Below, in pieces: positions 35,543 through 50,210 of a stretch of DNA of 64,000 nucleotides. Origin of the DNA: Oopsacas minuta (Eukaryota > Animalia > Porifera). The position numbers were made by a program, and so were the translations under genes. A model generated the notes under the pieces. It was not told the DNA's origin. It made no database searches and worked only from the letters and a program-made list of their open reading frames with translations. How positions within the stretch are numbered: position 1 is the stretch's first letter; each line of letters opens with the position of its first letter. The stretch covers positions 1,171,080 to 1,235,079 of the forward strand of contig JAKMXF010000332.1 in the NCBI GenBank assembly GCA_024704765.1, written 5' to 3'.

Positions 35543-37876
35543 CAGTGGTTCCCAACGGGGGCGTTTGCTTTGCCTCAGGGGGCGCCATGGAGGAAGGGGG
35601 CGCTGTGGGGGGCGCTGACAAGATAATGAGCCGTTGGATGAAAATTTATTCTAACATCTGTAAATTTTGCGAAATACTATTGTATCATGAATATGTTGTG
35701 CACTTCACCCATAATGACAATTCTAACACGTTGTCCACAAGAAGAGCTAAGTATTCACCATTTACAATCAATTAATGCTTTCAATGGTATTGTTTCTTTG
35801 TTTTGAATTAACAGTTCAGACGGCTTCTTAGCAAAGAAGTTATAAAAAGTGATCATACCATGTTATTTCACTAATTACCTCAATAATAGACACGATTTTC
35901 TTGCATATCCAATCATGACTGAAAACCCCAAGAAAAAATGCCGTCAATACTCCATAGATTATCTGAAATTTGGTTTCATCGCTTCACCTACTAATCAACA
36001 ATTACCCTTTTGTTTACTCTGCAATCAAGTGTTCTCTAATGAGGGCATGAAACCTTCACGTATGTGCGGCCATTTGACGAAGAAATACCCTGACAAGAAA
36101 GTCAAGGATCTCAAATATTTCCCGATTTTAAGCAAGCAGTTTGCAAATCGTGGTTCAATAGATGGAATGATTAACAAAATTACTACTAAAAATGACGATG
36201 GTCTTGTTGCTTCTTACAATATATCTCTTTTAATCGCCAAATGTGGAAAGCCTCGCACAATAGGTGAAAAGCTCATCCTTCCAGCTATAAGAGAGGTTAT
36301 ATCTACTGTCATACATCAAGATGCGTCTAGTGTAGTTAGATCAATTCCCTTAAGTAATAACTCAGTTTCGAGGAAGATCGAAGAATTGGCTATAGATGTT
36401 GAACAACAGTTGTGTAAAGTTTTACAAACTACGGAATTCGCTTTACAGCTTGATGAGTCAACCTTACGTGACAACAAAGCCTTACTTATGGCATATGTAC
36501 GATATATTCACAATGGTGTATCAAAAGAAGAAATGCTCTTCTCCAAGCCACTAGAAACAGATCCTAAAGGTGAGACAATATTTATGGCGATAAAGCAATT
36601 TGTGAAGAGAAGAACATACCAATGGGAAATATGATTGCGTGTGCTACTGCTGGAGCACCTTCAATGATTGGACGTCATCGTGGTTTCATAGCTCATCTGA
36701 AACGAGCTGTACCGAAGGTTTTCTCTATTCATTGTGTCATACATCGTCAACATTTGATCGCTAAGCACCTAACACCTAATCTTCACCAGTCTTTGCAAAT
36801 CGTGATTACTGCTACGAACAAAATCAAAAAGCGCTCACTGAATGATCGCATCTTTCAACAACTTTGTGAAAACAATGATGAAGATTACAAACGCTCCTTC
36901 TCCATACTGAAGTTAGTTGGCTTTCTAAAGGTAATTGTTTGAAACGATTCCATCAACTGTTTGAATCTATAGTCGAGTTCCTAGAAGAATACGATTCAAC
37001 TCTGGCAGAAAAGGTTAAAATGATAAGGACTGATGTGGCTTACTTACCTGACATATTCGAGAAACTGAATATAGTGAATAAGCAGCTACAAGGGAATAAT
37101 ACTACTCTTATTCAAGCGAAGGGCGTTGTTCTATCATTCTTAAGTAAACTAACCTTGTTCCGACAGAATATTGCGCGTCGTGAATTTGGGCAGTTACCTT
37201 GTTCAAGTGAACTGGATATGGCAAATAATAACATCATTAGAGATGACAACATTCATATTTACTGTTCACATGTTGATTCCCTTAGCGAAGATTTGTTGAT
37301 TCGATCCAAAGATTTAACCGAGTTAGTTATCCCTAATTTTGTGATAAATCCATTTAGAACAAATATAGAAACTTTGGACCCACAATTTCAAGAAGAATTC
37401 ACCGATTTGCAGAATGATATCGAATACAATGCCATATTCGCCCAATGCGGATATAGTGCATTCTGGATGAAGAAGGAAGTCTCTGAACGCTATCCCCATA
37501 TTTTTCAAACTGTGAAATTAATGTTTGTTGCATTTCCATCATCATATCTTGTCGAAAAGGGATTCAGCACAGTAGTTAATCTGCCACAAAACAAAGAAAT
37601 CGACTGGAAATAGCAACAAGAGGTGGCTTGAGACTCTTTCTGACGCAGTTAGAACCGGATGTAGTCAAACTAGCAAAGAGCCACCAAAGTCAAGGATCAC
37701 ATGTTCCAACGTATACTGATGCTTAGATTAGTCCCTAGACACTCTATCAGTCTATCCTTAATATTTCTATATAGTCAGTAATTAAAAACTGATTCAATAA
37801 AGTATTAAATAGGGGGCGTTCTGTAAATATTAAGTCTATAAGGGGGCGTTAAATTGGTAAAGGTTAGGAAGCACTG
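35543..37876 (+). mobile_element. hAT transposon, Buster/Charlie type
   Basis: Ends CAGTGGTTCCCAAC / GTTAGGAAGCACTG; 8-bp TSD ACTTAAAC / ACTAAAAC (7/8). Confidence 0.92.
35915..37704 (+). pseudogene. Buster-type (ZBED5/SCAND3-like) transposase with frameshifts
   Basis: RQYSIDYLKFGF, MKPSRM, ALQLDEST, HCVIHRQHL, FPSSYLVEKGFS. Confidence 0.9.
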
Positions 37877-39359
37877 ACTAAAACGAAAGGAAAAATTTCG
37901 ATGATGACGAATATCGAAAAAGAAATTGTATTAGAGCAACCTACTGGAATTTAGGAAGGATTTAAGTTTTACAAAATGTGTCATAAAGTGGCACATTAAA
38001 AATGGCTAAAGCAGTAGTCAGAAATCCCTTTTCCCGATTGCTCCAAGTTTAGAATCACTTCTTATGGTATGTAGATGTTATGTGGAAAGTTTCATGCTTA
38101 ATAATATAAATGTTGCTTTCATATAGTTATGCCATAGCATTCTATACATTAAGATTAGGAAATGGCTATATTCAAATTCTGTATAATAGTTATATTGCTT
38201 TTCAGTGCTATTCTAAAGCACTCTAACAGGGTTTCATAAGGGAATTTTTCTGGGGGGGGCAAGGATATCAGGATTACTCAGGTCGATTGACTATTTAGTA
38301 ATCGAGTTCTGGGCTGCACATAAGATTCTTATTGACAATTCATTAGCAATACAGTACTAGATATAGATAATAAAATATGATAAATGATGATTCTTGGGTG
38401 TTGGACTTTATTGCGATTGTGTACTCTTGGTTCCTCTCACCCGTCGACTTGCAGTGGAGTGGAATCTGCTTAACATCCACTCTGTATGGGGGTCCTGTAA
38501 AACGGAAACTTAAATAAAGTCCCGAGGAACAATTTCACTAGTAACCGATCTCTATATAGCAGACACCTGGACATAAGTTAACTGCCACTTTTAGCCAGTC
38601 CCTTTGAAAGCCGGTTTATAGACAAGTTTGACTGTACTTCCAATAGGGGTAAGTAGAATAATCTAAAAACCGCAGAAATTAAGTATAGTTTAAGATGAGG
38701 TTGAGTGTTATTCCTATTCAAGAGTATGACGTTATAATTGCGAACTCATTGGGCAGGGTCATATTGACCATTTTTAGCTCTAGTACTGTGTCTATCTTCA
38801 TTAATGGTCATATAAATACTACTAACATGCCACGGAATGGTCTAGAATAGAATTCTTTACTTGAGACACACAGTTATCAGTTAAAATAAAGGTTTCACAT
38901 AAGAGATTCACATATTTTCACCACATCCGAATGGGTATTCTAATAAGAAAATCCCTGACTATTTCCCACAAAGCTTGTCAAGCGCGTCTTTAACGCATAA
39001 CTCTGTAAATTTTTAGAATATCTGGCTTCGATAAATATGGAGTATATGCATAGGGATTAATACATGTATAGGTGGCAGAGGCGGATTTCAATACTAGTTA
39101 TGAATACTCTACAAAAAATCATATGGAAACACTGGAACCAACGGACGGTCAAAAATAACCGGAGTAATTCCAATTGAATAACCATTGTAGAGACTTGATT
39201 TTGTAAACATGTTCATCTTATCAGGAAATTCGTATTGCCGTCTTCGAATTAACGAGGTTCCACAGTAAAACGGTTTAAAAGCATATTTAGGAATTATTTT
39301 AGTAAAACAGTAATTACTAACGATGTAAATAAAATGATGATAAAGCAGGATAAAGTAGA

Positions 39360-39760
39360 AATACTTATCTCTTTTTTGATCTGTAGTGATATTAATATAC
39401 TTATCATGATTTCTCTCAATGTCTCGACTAAAACAAAGAAAATCGATAGATTCATCATTAAGTTTTGTCCGGAACTGCAGAGGTAAGCAGTTGATGAAGA
39501 TACTCGTTCAGTTTCTACTCATTGCATTAATATCTTAGCGAGAGATAACGTGACTAAAAAACTCAATCTCGGGTGAAAATTGGCAGGAATCCAGGGATTG
39601 GGACCCATAGTTATATATAGCTCCGGATAATTGAAGTAACGAGGTAATCGATTGTTTTACGACCCAGTCCAATGGGACAGTGAGTATATTCAACACCTTA
39701 TTAACTAGAAATTGTACAGCAGTGGCGGAGATAGAGATGGGGCTAGATGGGCTGACAAGA
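39360..39760 (-). pseudogene. Decayed coding-like exon of unknown gene
   Basis: SISATAVQFLVNKVLNILTVPLDWVVKQ...VISR*DINAMSRN*TSIFINCLPLQFRTKLNDESIDFLCF in a single frame with two stops. Confidence 0.3.
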
Positions 39761-41975
39761 GACAAACTTAGAAATAATATAATAATGTCTAGTCGACAAC
39801 TGGAAGTGCAGCTCAGGATCATTAGTTTTTTGTTCTTTTCAGGGGGCATGAGCCCCCATGTCATACGTATATGCACAACATCCCGACTAATTTTGGGCTC
39901 TTGGATCTGAAAATATTTCAGGAAAGTCAATATTATTAGTCCCCCACTGTACTTCATATTATATCCTCAAATTCTATGAATAAGATTCGGAATTATTATC
40001 AAGCAATTAGCCACTGTCTAACCTTTGAAACCAAATCTCTAGCATCAATTGGAAATATATGCAAAGGGTGTAAAAAATGATTAATCACTAAGTGAGATAT
40101 TCCCATGATGAAATTGCATTTGGTCAAAATAATGAAGTCAGGACATCTGGCCATTGAGGGGTAGCTGTGATTCAAATTTCAAACTTCGATAAAGTATATT
40201 GGCTCAGTGGAAAATAATGTGAATTTTCGAACTATAAAAAGGTGACAATGACGTCATAATTTCGTCATAGGTGCGTATTTTCGGCCAAGACTCGTAATTC
40301 TCAGAGATGTTGCACGCACAATGTTTTCTCCAAGGGGAGGTCTTATTGGAGTTCTACTGAACACCCGTGAAATATACAAGCGTAATTCGGGTAAGGTATA
40401 TTCAATGGCTAACGAAATCAAAATTCTTCTTAATGTCCCCCCCTAGAAAATTTAAACACCCCGTAAAACATTTTATTAAGCAATATTGATCTTTTTCCTT
40501 TAGTTATTAAATCCAGAAAATTTTTGTGAATATGTGGAATTGAGTCTACATTTTAGTTATTGTCAGGTCGATGTTGGAGTTAAGGAAATTCCAAACGGTG
40601 CCATTGTAATTTTCCTATTGAAATTTCAGGTTGATAAGATGAAATCAAATTTTAATGATTAGTTATTTTGCTGCATCATCATCATCTCATAATACGGATA
40701 TCATTCACATTTTGTAGGTACAAATGTATTGAACATTCTATACGTGATGATGAGTGTATTTCTATCTATTCTCATTCGCGAGCTACTCCCATGTTAATAT
40801 TTAATTAGGTGATTATGACTTACTGCAAAATTATTAACCATAAATATGTTAAAATTTTCAATATTTTACTACAAATATATTAAAAAAATGGTCCAATTTA
40901 GTTGTGAGTGAATTAGGCTTTAGGAGATATCACTAGATACCTTTGGTACCAAAATCAAGGCTCTACTGATCATGCAATCTACAAATAACCAAGTCAAAGA
41001 AATTCAGCGTCATTGTCACCTCAGAGGTGTGATAACGCTATCACCTAGAAGGCTTAACTTTTAACATTTCATCCGTGTTTCACTTCTATCTAATCTTTAA
41101 CTCGAGATATTAACCTTTTGAATTTAAACTACGTGATGATGACGTAGCAAGACCTCTATCCGTCATTCAAGATGAGGATGTTAATACGATTTAAGGGACC
41201 ATGTAACTTATGTTCAGTGTTAACCAAGTATCCACCATATCTACTTTCGCCAATATACAGAATAGTGAGAAAATGCTGCGTCATCAAGGTGATTTAGCAT
41301 GAATCGAAAATCGTTACATGAGCTGCACATCTATACGTGTGTCGGACCTTCTGTTAATATTTCAAGTCAATATCTATTAAATTGAATTCAGGACAGCAGT
41401 TACGGCCGGCCATGATCATTTTAGAAATGTGCATTTTAATAAATACCCTTGACATAGTAATTATACCACTATCCAGGAAATGTTGTCCGGGTGCAGACTA
41501 CCTCCTGATTTTTGATTGGGAGTTTAGAGCTTGATCTTGTTGTTGAAATGGTATATTTCTCGAATTAGTATATTACCAAGCTTTCAGATACTGATACACG
41601 TCATGTATGAGATCTTGACTCTCCAAAGGTTAATATTCCACCATTAATATATTTCCTAATTCCATGAACGTAAAACTGGAGTGGGGTCCAAAATTCTCGG
41701 GTAGGACGATTTTTCCATAAAAATGTGGTTACTAAATTTTTACCTGTGACATATATTCAACAGAATGTAGGAAATAATAGAATATTGACATGCTAATATT
41801 GATGTATTTGCACCAGAGGATATATTTCTTCAACCCGATCCTGAAGTTGAAGTATTAACTTCTTAGCAATGTAGGTGCAGAATTTTGATTATTTTCACTT
41901 ATGTATGAATTTTGTGAATATCCCACAAAAGAAGTTTATCGTAATATTCATACAAACATACACTACTTTAATATA

Positions 41976-42919
41976 AGGCCTGCCAACCTCTCGTGAATTT
42001 TGGACCAAGGGTGCGTTCGGAGATGAAGGTATTTACGTGTAGATTCAATTATGCAGAAACTGTGCATATTTGTGCGAATAAATGTTTTGCATAACTGTAG
42101 AACAATATATTATCAGCCATTAAACTTATGGTAAAAATTCAGGAACGTGTGAAAATTTGTCTAGTAAGCATTTATTTGTAAAATATGCCATTATTTAATT
42201 TCTTATAGTATGGTAAATAATGCATCTTTGATTTCAAAGTGAACATATGAAATGACCTATAGATACTTCTTTGTTGCAAAATATCAAGATTTTGCGATTA
42301 TAAAATTGCCTCATTCTTGAGTTACTGGAGATACCATGGATGAGACATATATGTATATCCAATTAGAATTTCATAATTATTGAAATTATTTCCAAATCAG
42401 TATAACCAATTTAAAGTATAAATATCGGCCATTTTAACGTTAAGCAATGATATTCAGATGTATCACATCAAAATGAATTACAAGGATATGGAAAGTTTGG
42501 TAATACTATAAAATGGTTATACGATTTGCGATAATTTTCATAAAAATGTGTCATCCATAGTATCTCCAGTAACTCAAGAACGAGGCAATTTTATAATGAC
42601 AAAAAATTTTGATATTTTACAAAAAGTAAACATAGATCATTTCATATGTTCACTTTGAAATCAAAGATGAATTACTTGCCATACTATAAGGAGTTAAATA
42701 ATGGCATAATTTAACAAATAAATGGTTACTAGACAGAATTTTCACACATTCCTGATTTTTTACCATAAGTATAATGGTTGATAATATATTGCTCTACAAT
42801 TATGCAATACATTTATTCGCGGAAAATGCAGTTTCTGTGATATTGAATCTAAACGCAAAAGTAACTTCAACTCCTACCGAATCTCTGGTCCAAAATTCAC
42901 TAGCGGTTGGCAAGGCCTT
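41976..42919. mobile_element. ~940-bp foldback element (arms ~370 bp)
   Basis: aaggcctgccaacc...ggagataccatggatg is the reverse complement of catccatagtatctcc...ggttggcaaggcctt. Confidence 0.85.
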
Positions 42920-43799
42920 TTAGTAGAGTAGGTTATGATCCAAAATATCTTCGATGTAAGTAAGGAGTACATGAAATTATGAAAAATCATTATATAAGAT
43001 AATCTAATCGAGATATAATTCAGTGTATAGAATGCTATGGCCATGACTTCACTCTTCCGAAAAAATAAAGAAACATAGCATTCTATACATTAAGGCAATG
43101 GTGCTAATTAAGAGAGTTAGATCAGTAATCTATGTTATACCCATATAAGGTCCTATTCAAATACGTCATAGTGAGGAGGGATAACATATTAAAATGTATT
43201 ATTAGGAGTATATACTGGGTATTCACTCACAGGGATATTACTTCATTTATACATTTGTAATGGCATTTTGACATAGAAAAGTAATAACCTTCCAAATCAC
43301 TGGTAGTGAGTAGAGATATATGTCAAAAATATATTATTAGCAAATTGTAAGTCGGGTATATACTAGGTATTGGTCTGAATTATTGGGCGAAAACATTTAA
43401 ACCTTTTGTGTCATAATGAATTTGATTAAATGTGTCATCCGTGGTACCTCATGAATTCGCCCAACTTTATCAAGTTAAATTTTAATATTTTGTATGAAAA
43501 ATATCGCTAAATCATTGAGTACGAATTTTGAAATCTTATATGTAGTATTTATCGTTTTACGGTGTATCAAAGATGGGTGCATTTACTATCAAAAATGCAT
43601 ACTAAGTACAAAATTTCACAAATTTGACAAAAATTATGCAAATTGGGATTGATGAATTATAATTCTACAAATATGTAATACACTTATTCGGACAAAGCGT
43701 GGTACTTTTGAAATATAGAACTTCAAATATAACCAATGGACCTAAGTTTCGAGACCCGAGTCCGAGCACTTACAGAATTATAGGATTTTATGATACAGA

Positions 43800-44130
43800 T
43801 ATATATATATGTTTATATGTCCAGAAATGATTGAAGAAACTGGAGGACCCTCATGACTGATTTTTGGCATACATGGGTATTTTGGACCTGGATCGGACAA
43901 GTTCGAGTATTGGACGAAAATTCATAAATGACGAAATTATGACGTCATTGTCACCCTTTTGATTTTCGAAAATCACAGTATTAACCATTGTTCACCCATT
44001 ATACAAGTACATGATAGAAGTTTGAGATTTGAATCACAGGCACCGCTCAATGTGACAAACTAGAAAATAAAGCTGGTTAATAGATACTTAAGCTAACCCT
44101 GGAGCACTAAGCAGTCGCGGAGTAATAGAT
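43800..44130. repeat. Dispersed repeat family (copies at ~40130-40290 reverse, ~53600-54470, ~56290-56445) with Helitron-like 3' ends
   Basis: Shared acgaaattatga(c/a)gtcattgtcacc and tacttaagcta..ct.agg.cctaagcagt blocks; the 54470 copy ends in a GC hairpin followed by CTAGT. Confidence 0.55.
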
Positions 44131-44658
44131 ATATTAGAGTGTATGTTCGAGATAATCTAATGTAATACAATAATTGTGAACTTAATCCTGAAGTTTCTAT
44201 TATCCCCCCAATTACGAGGAATTAAGCTTCTAACTTTCTTTGATAATATCATAGCTGACCATACATAAGACCGCACAACTGATTTTTCCTATTGCAATAC
44301 ATTAGAACAGGAGTAAACATTTTTAAAAAAGATTCCTTTTAATTACACATTATCATCTGCAAACGATACCTAACTTGACAAATAAGAGCAGTAAACACAT
44401 AAATCAGTCCATGGGAGGTAGAAGCAGCGGGTTATCCAGTTGCAGGTGAGACCTTAAGAGCAATCTACCACTGATTTAGGACCCAAAGTGCTGATTTTGA
44501 GATTCAAGTACATGTATGTAAATTATGAGGCAACGATTAGGCATCTTGAGTAAATGATTCACATCATGTTCCTCCAGTTGACGGATTATCCATTCAATCT
44601 TTCCCTAAATAGCATAAAACTAAAAGAAATATTATACATCTTATTCTATGTATAACTA

Positions 44659-44842
44659 GAGTGGAACCTCGATATTTAATAACACGGTTAGTACGAATTT
44701 TCGCATAAGACAGACAAATATTTAAACAAATTAAGTCCCGAAAGTGGTTATATACATGGTATTGCTCTGATTAATACGAACTACCGGTAAAGACAACAAA
44801 TTTTTAACACCCGTTAGTATTTGTATTAACGAGGATGCACTG
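44659..44842. mobile_element. pogo/Tigger-like MITE
   Basis: Ends GAGTGGAACCTCGATATT / ATTAACGAGGATGCACTG. Confidence 0.55.
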
Positions 44843-45499
44843 TGGACATATCTAAATAATGCTTTCTGAATTGGAGAATGTGGTGGAAAAGTTGTTAGAG
44901 TGGGGATATAGTTTCAAGGAACCTGGCATTTAACGGTAACCGAAAATATATCCCCCTTACAATCCCCTAACCTTTCCATTTATTCTAGAAATATGAAACA
45001 CACTAATTGTGATTTTAGCAGTATTCAGTGGGATTATCAACATCGAGACTGTAACCAAAATTAAATTATTAACCTCATTACAGAGTTCGAGGAGTAATAT
45101 GAGCATTCTCTCTTTGGAGTTCTGTGGAGATACAGCATAAATGTCACAAAACATTTGGGCACCTGGAAATCTCTGTCAGCAAGGCCAGAGGTCTACCAGG
45201 AGTTTACCAAAAACTCTGGGTATGACCCGGACCTATCTTGTGCTGCCATCAATGGATATTTCAGGACATTTTGATATATTCGTAGTATCGAACTTTCAAA
45301 ATACTCAAGCAGAGCTGTGGATTTGACAAATCTTTTCACTGATTTGATGGATTTGATTTGATCTAAAAATCAAATCAAATCAAGTTCTCTTTAAATAAAT
45401 ATATAACTCAAACGATAATGTGTTCACACCTTCAAGTCAGGATTATAAGCTCTCCATAACTTAAAAAAATGTACTGTCAGATCAAGGCTGGATTTTCCC

Positions 45500-45985
45500 G
45501 GTTCACTGTACTTACTCGACTTATGGTGTCCGAGTGGCCCGAAGAGTCAGACCAAAGACTACGACACCAATAGGATACAATATCTATAACGTAATGGGAT
45601 TGCTATTGGGGTTGCTGAGAATTGATAATTCCGGAATCTGGTGATCAGAAACTTCTTATTCTCTTCAGAATTTGATATCAAAATGAGATTCATTGATTGG
45701 GTTAGATGGGGCATTCGTCTGAGAGGAGACACCACGTAGATTCGTGATATAGTAAACTGGGAATCCAGGTAAAATAAACGATACCGCAACTTTTCAGCTT
45801 TCGATATTTGCGATGAGCTTCTCAATAAGTGCCATCTCCATTGGGTACTCATGTTTATGTGTATCCTCAACGTCTCCCACCATGAAATGCTTGGAACACA
45901 CGTAAAGAGTCTTGAGATTAGCAAAATTTCCCATAGTAATTTGAGGCTTTGCATTCGTAAATTGCTAACACATAAAATATACTTA
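45500..45985 (-). pseudogene. Decayed exon with a THAP-like YVCSKHF motif
   Basis: gttag|QFTNAKPQITMGNFANLKTLYVCSKHFMVGDV...IES*KVAVSFILPGFPVYYI; the motif is at 45884-45901. Confidence 0.4.
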
Positions 45986-47877
45986 ATACAGGCAGCCCTC
46001 GCCGTTCGCGGGATTAGGTTCCTGAGAATTGTCTCGAATGGCAAAATCGCGAACGGCAAGACGTAAGATCAATGAGAATAGTTACGTTCCTAGATTACAA
46101 AATGACAAACAAGTAATACTATATATGATCGGAATGTATAATTAAGAAATAATGAGTTGAAAAAGGTTAATTGTATTCACAGAGTTAAAAATATTACCTA
46201 CTTGTGTGAGCATCAGAGGGTAAACATGCGTAATTATAATATAATAGTGAAGTTTCTGTATTTACGTGATAAAAATATCATAAAACACTAGATATCTTGA
46301 ATTAGATAAAATGTTCAATGTACGTAAGTGGGCTGTTTATGAAGAAAATACATTTTCGCCTTAGTAGTGCCTAAAAAATATAAAATTGCAAAGTTTCCCT
46401 ATCAAAATGACATAACTCGGAAGAAAACCGAGAATAATAGAGGTAATACATCGCAAACGGTAAAACGAGACACAAGATATTTTCTGCGAATAATCGAAAC
46501 AGCGAACGACAAACTAGACATCTTTTATATTTGTATTACAAAAATTCACTTAGATCATTAATGCATTAAAATTGAAATGAATGATGAAATATTTAACGTA
46601 TTACAAGCCTTAGAAGCTATTAAACAAAGACATATTTGACCAAATACAACGCTTACTAGACAAATACTTCGGCACATTCCTCACAATTTTTAGCATATAC
46701 TGTTTGATAATTAGGCGTTCTACAAATATGCAATACATATATCCGGGCAAAATTGCACCTTTTTTTCAATTCAGAAACCCCATATAAATTATTCAACCTA
46801 ATACAACATCCCCAGTGCAAATCCACGAGATACTGTTAGGTCTTATATATAGTGGGCTATGAGGTATGGAAATCTGACTGAAAAAGTCTGTATTTATGAA
46901 TTCCCATTGTATAATAACACATTAATCATGTCTAGCTCAATTTGGAAGCGATATTTTGACATCATCAACATGTTATGTAAAGTGTGAAAACCACATAACT
47001 CACATTCAACAAATATTTTAGATAATGCAATATGACCAATCGACTGCTAACATAAGACTTCCTATCCAACAATAATACATTTCGTGCTAACTTTAGCGGA
47101 TTAGGAGACATCAAGAAAACACAATGGACTCAAGTTTCAGGACGCGAACTGGCAGCCTACAGTCCTTTATTTAAGTAGTCTATGTTCCAGCGCCATAACT
47201 TCACATGATTCCCATATGTGGATTCCCATTCCTACAGTAATCTTGGGAGGCCCCAAAGATCAGCCAGGCGGGTAGAAATTTAGACTTAGTCCGCCACTGG
47301 TAACCAACCCGTGATATTGCATAAATATTTAGTGAAAAAACTGTGTTGTATGCATATTGCCGGCAATCGATGATAAAATGAACTGGTTTCTAAATCATTA
47401 GTTTAATAAAATGTATAGGTTGCTATCGGACACTTTAGCTATCCAGTCGTTACGTAGGTCGATTAAATTTGCTTAGAAATCAGGTCGGAAAGTGAAGTAA
47501 CTAGGAACTCAACAACCGTTTTAGTTGTCTCTAGGAATATGCAGATTCCATCATCAATCGTTGTTTCTCATCAAGCATTGTCTTTTGGGTTTGGAATTCC
47601 ATTCGGAAAGTTAGGAAGGACAGTTAGGGAAAATTTTGCTTACTGTTGTATTCTTTAGAATTATTCTATCACTTGCAACTGTAACAAAACAAGACAACAA
47701 TTATATGTTAGTTCTTTCAAAGTCTTCTTCTTAAAAAGTGATGTAGGCATACCATTAATTAAGAAACTATTGTAAACATGAAAGTAGGTAAATTGAAATC
47801 ACATGAACTTACTAGAATTTTCTTGTTGGCTTCATAGTCCCACTATGGCGTGGGATTGCTCTGAACCATTTATGATG

Positions 47878-48131
47878 GTTTACTAAACCTCTAGCATGTT
47901 CTGAGCCAGAATCCACCGAGTGGCAAGGTGGTAACATTGAGCATGCTTATATTTACAGAGACCTTAGGGCGTGTCAGACGTGTTTTACGGACTTAAACAT
48001 ATTAATTTGCTTTCAGACTATATCAGAAACTGAGACTAGTGCTATTCGCTACAACATAGTTGATTTACTTTCTGATTTGATAGGGAGCCCAATCGAAGGA
48101 AAAAATGTTTTCCTGCACATGGAAATTTTAT
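47878..48131 (+). pseudogene. 85-codon Met-less open frame with an inverted paralog at 48480-48574
   Basis: WFTKPLACSEPESTEWQGGNIEHAYIYRDLRAC...; the minus-strand copy reads ACSKPESTGWKVGNIE. Confidence 0.35.
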
Positions 48132-49340
48132 AATAATTAGGACTATACCCTTTTGGCCAAATGCAAATGTAATAACTATACTGAGTCGTGTTAGGCATCT
48201 ATTCGGACCCTAAATGCCAATTGTAGTCGAAAGAGAGGTCACTCGATATGATGACGAGACACTTTGAGAATGGAATGTCGTCAAATTCCTGAGTGATGCA
48301 AAGGAAAAATTTTTCACTAAAATATTCATCCATTCAAACGATTGGATATTTGAAACTGATAAAAAATTCAAAATGATAATTTGATTATAATTACAGAATA
48401 AAATCTACAAAGTAAATCATTTTACCTTTGGGGAGCTAAAATGAGTAAATCAAAAATTTCAAATTAAATTTACACATTGATTAAAAACGTTGAACACGCC
48501 ATAAGGTCTATGTAGATAAAAAAATACTCAATGTTGCCCACTTTCCATCCAGTGGATTCTGGCTTAGAACATGCAAATAATCACATTTTCATCCTTCTAC
48601 GTCGTAGGAGATGGATAGGGAATATAACATGGATTTGTAAATAATTTGTACTAAGTAGTAAATAAATATATAAACAATATAGTCGGAAATAAATTAAATC
48701 ATCATATCGTACAAATAATAAATATGGCTGGTTAAAAATCAGATTTTTGCAGGAAATTTTACGGTTTAAAGATAAGAAAAGATAATACCTGATCACTGAG
48801 TTGACGAATTCATGGAAAATTGGCCATAAATTACGAACCATTCAAATTTTATACTCGAATGACTCCTTAAATAGAACATCACAAATTTTTGTATACTAAA
48901 CATGAGAAATCGCAATAGTAGTTTTACTTAATCCCATATTACACATAATCTCATCATATTCATCAAATTTTCAGTGATTTCAAACCCTACTTACGCTATA
49001 TCTACAGGATAGTTTTGGATAATCCAGGAAAACAAAAATATTTTTGAAAATTAATTTCAGACATCAAGAATTATGAATTATCCAAATGATTCATAATTCT
49101 TGTTGTCTGAATTGAATTCAAAATTATTTTTGTTTTTCCTGGATTTTGCAAAAATATACTGTGGATATAGCGTAATAGTGTTAAAATATTTAAGTATAAA
49201 AATACATTGAATAAATTTTAGGATTTTCAGATCATTTTGAGTCAATTCAAAATGATCTGAAAAATACATCACTTTTTGATCTGATTGGATTGAGTTGGAT
49301 GGTAAATATGATTTCAATTGATTGAGTTATTACTCCGGTA

Positions 49341-49487
49341 GGGCTGTATCAACTCATTTTGAGTTGGCAAAAATCAATTCATTTCCTTGAATGAGTTGAA
49401 AGAGTTGGTTGGGATCAAATGAATAAGTTGACAACGCATATCGGGCCTGAATGAATTTTTGCCAACTTAAAATGAGTTGATACAGAC
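49341..49487. mobile_element. hAT-type MITE rich in AATGAGTTG units
   Basis: Begins AGGGCTGTATCAACTCATT and ends AATGAGTTGATACAG; same family as 54866-55200. Confidence 0.65.
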
Positions 49488-49846
49488 ATTCGGATGCTTC
49501 ACTTATTAGTACTGCAAAATGAATGGAAAATGATCGGTGGCGGATCAGATCATTCAATATGATTTCATTGATCTAAATTTGAAATAAATTGATTTGATTT
49601 CAAGTAATTTGATTGATTATTGAATTTATTGAATTGAATTAAATTGAATTATATTGATTGGATTAGATTTGATATGATATGATTTGAATTTAGATTGAAA
49701 TAGAATCCAATGAATTGATTTCGTTTGATTTAAATTGAATCACTATAATCACGAACACCTATATATAGACGGAAGTGACACTCTCACATCACAATACAAT
49801 CCATATAGGCCTAGTTTGTTCTACCCATAGCCTACTAAAGAAAGGA

Positions 49847-50210
49847 CTGATCACTGAGTCAATTCTCACTGCCAGGAATAAAAGGAAGTGGATATATTTT
49901 GATGAGAAATTCTATAATCATCGATAATATGAAACTGGTACATTTTCACCTGAATAAATGTAAGCAAGAATTAACAACAGCCACATAGATTTACAGATCG
50001 AAGTGAGGTATTTACTAGCGAAATTGGCACATATGTATTAAAAAATGTTCCATCTTTGAAAGCAAGTATAACGTTAATTATAACTCTATATTCAAAATGT
50101 TGAAATTCCAATGATCTAAATCCGTTTCTTTAAAAAATATTAAAAAAATGAAGAATTTCCCATCAAAATATATCCACTTACTTTTATCCCTGGCCGAAAG
50201 TAGTGATCAG
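49847..50210. mobile_element. Short foldback/MITE related to the 61050-63366 element
   Basis: Inverted ends ctgatcact...ggatatattttgatgagaaattc / gaatttcccatcaaaatatatcc...agtgatcag. Confidence 0.7.

Noticed and set aside
49550-49740. Structured repeat or regulatory array
   Set aside because: Simple low-complexity (ATTG/ATTTG)n sequence.
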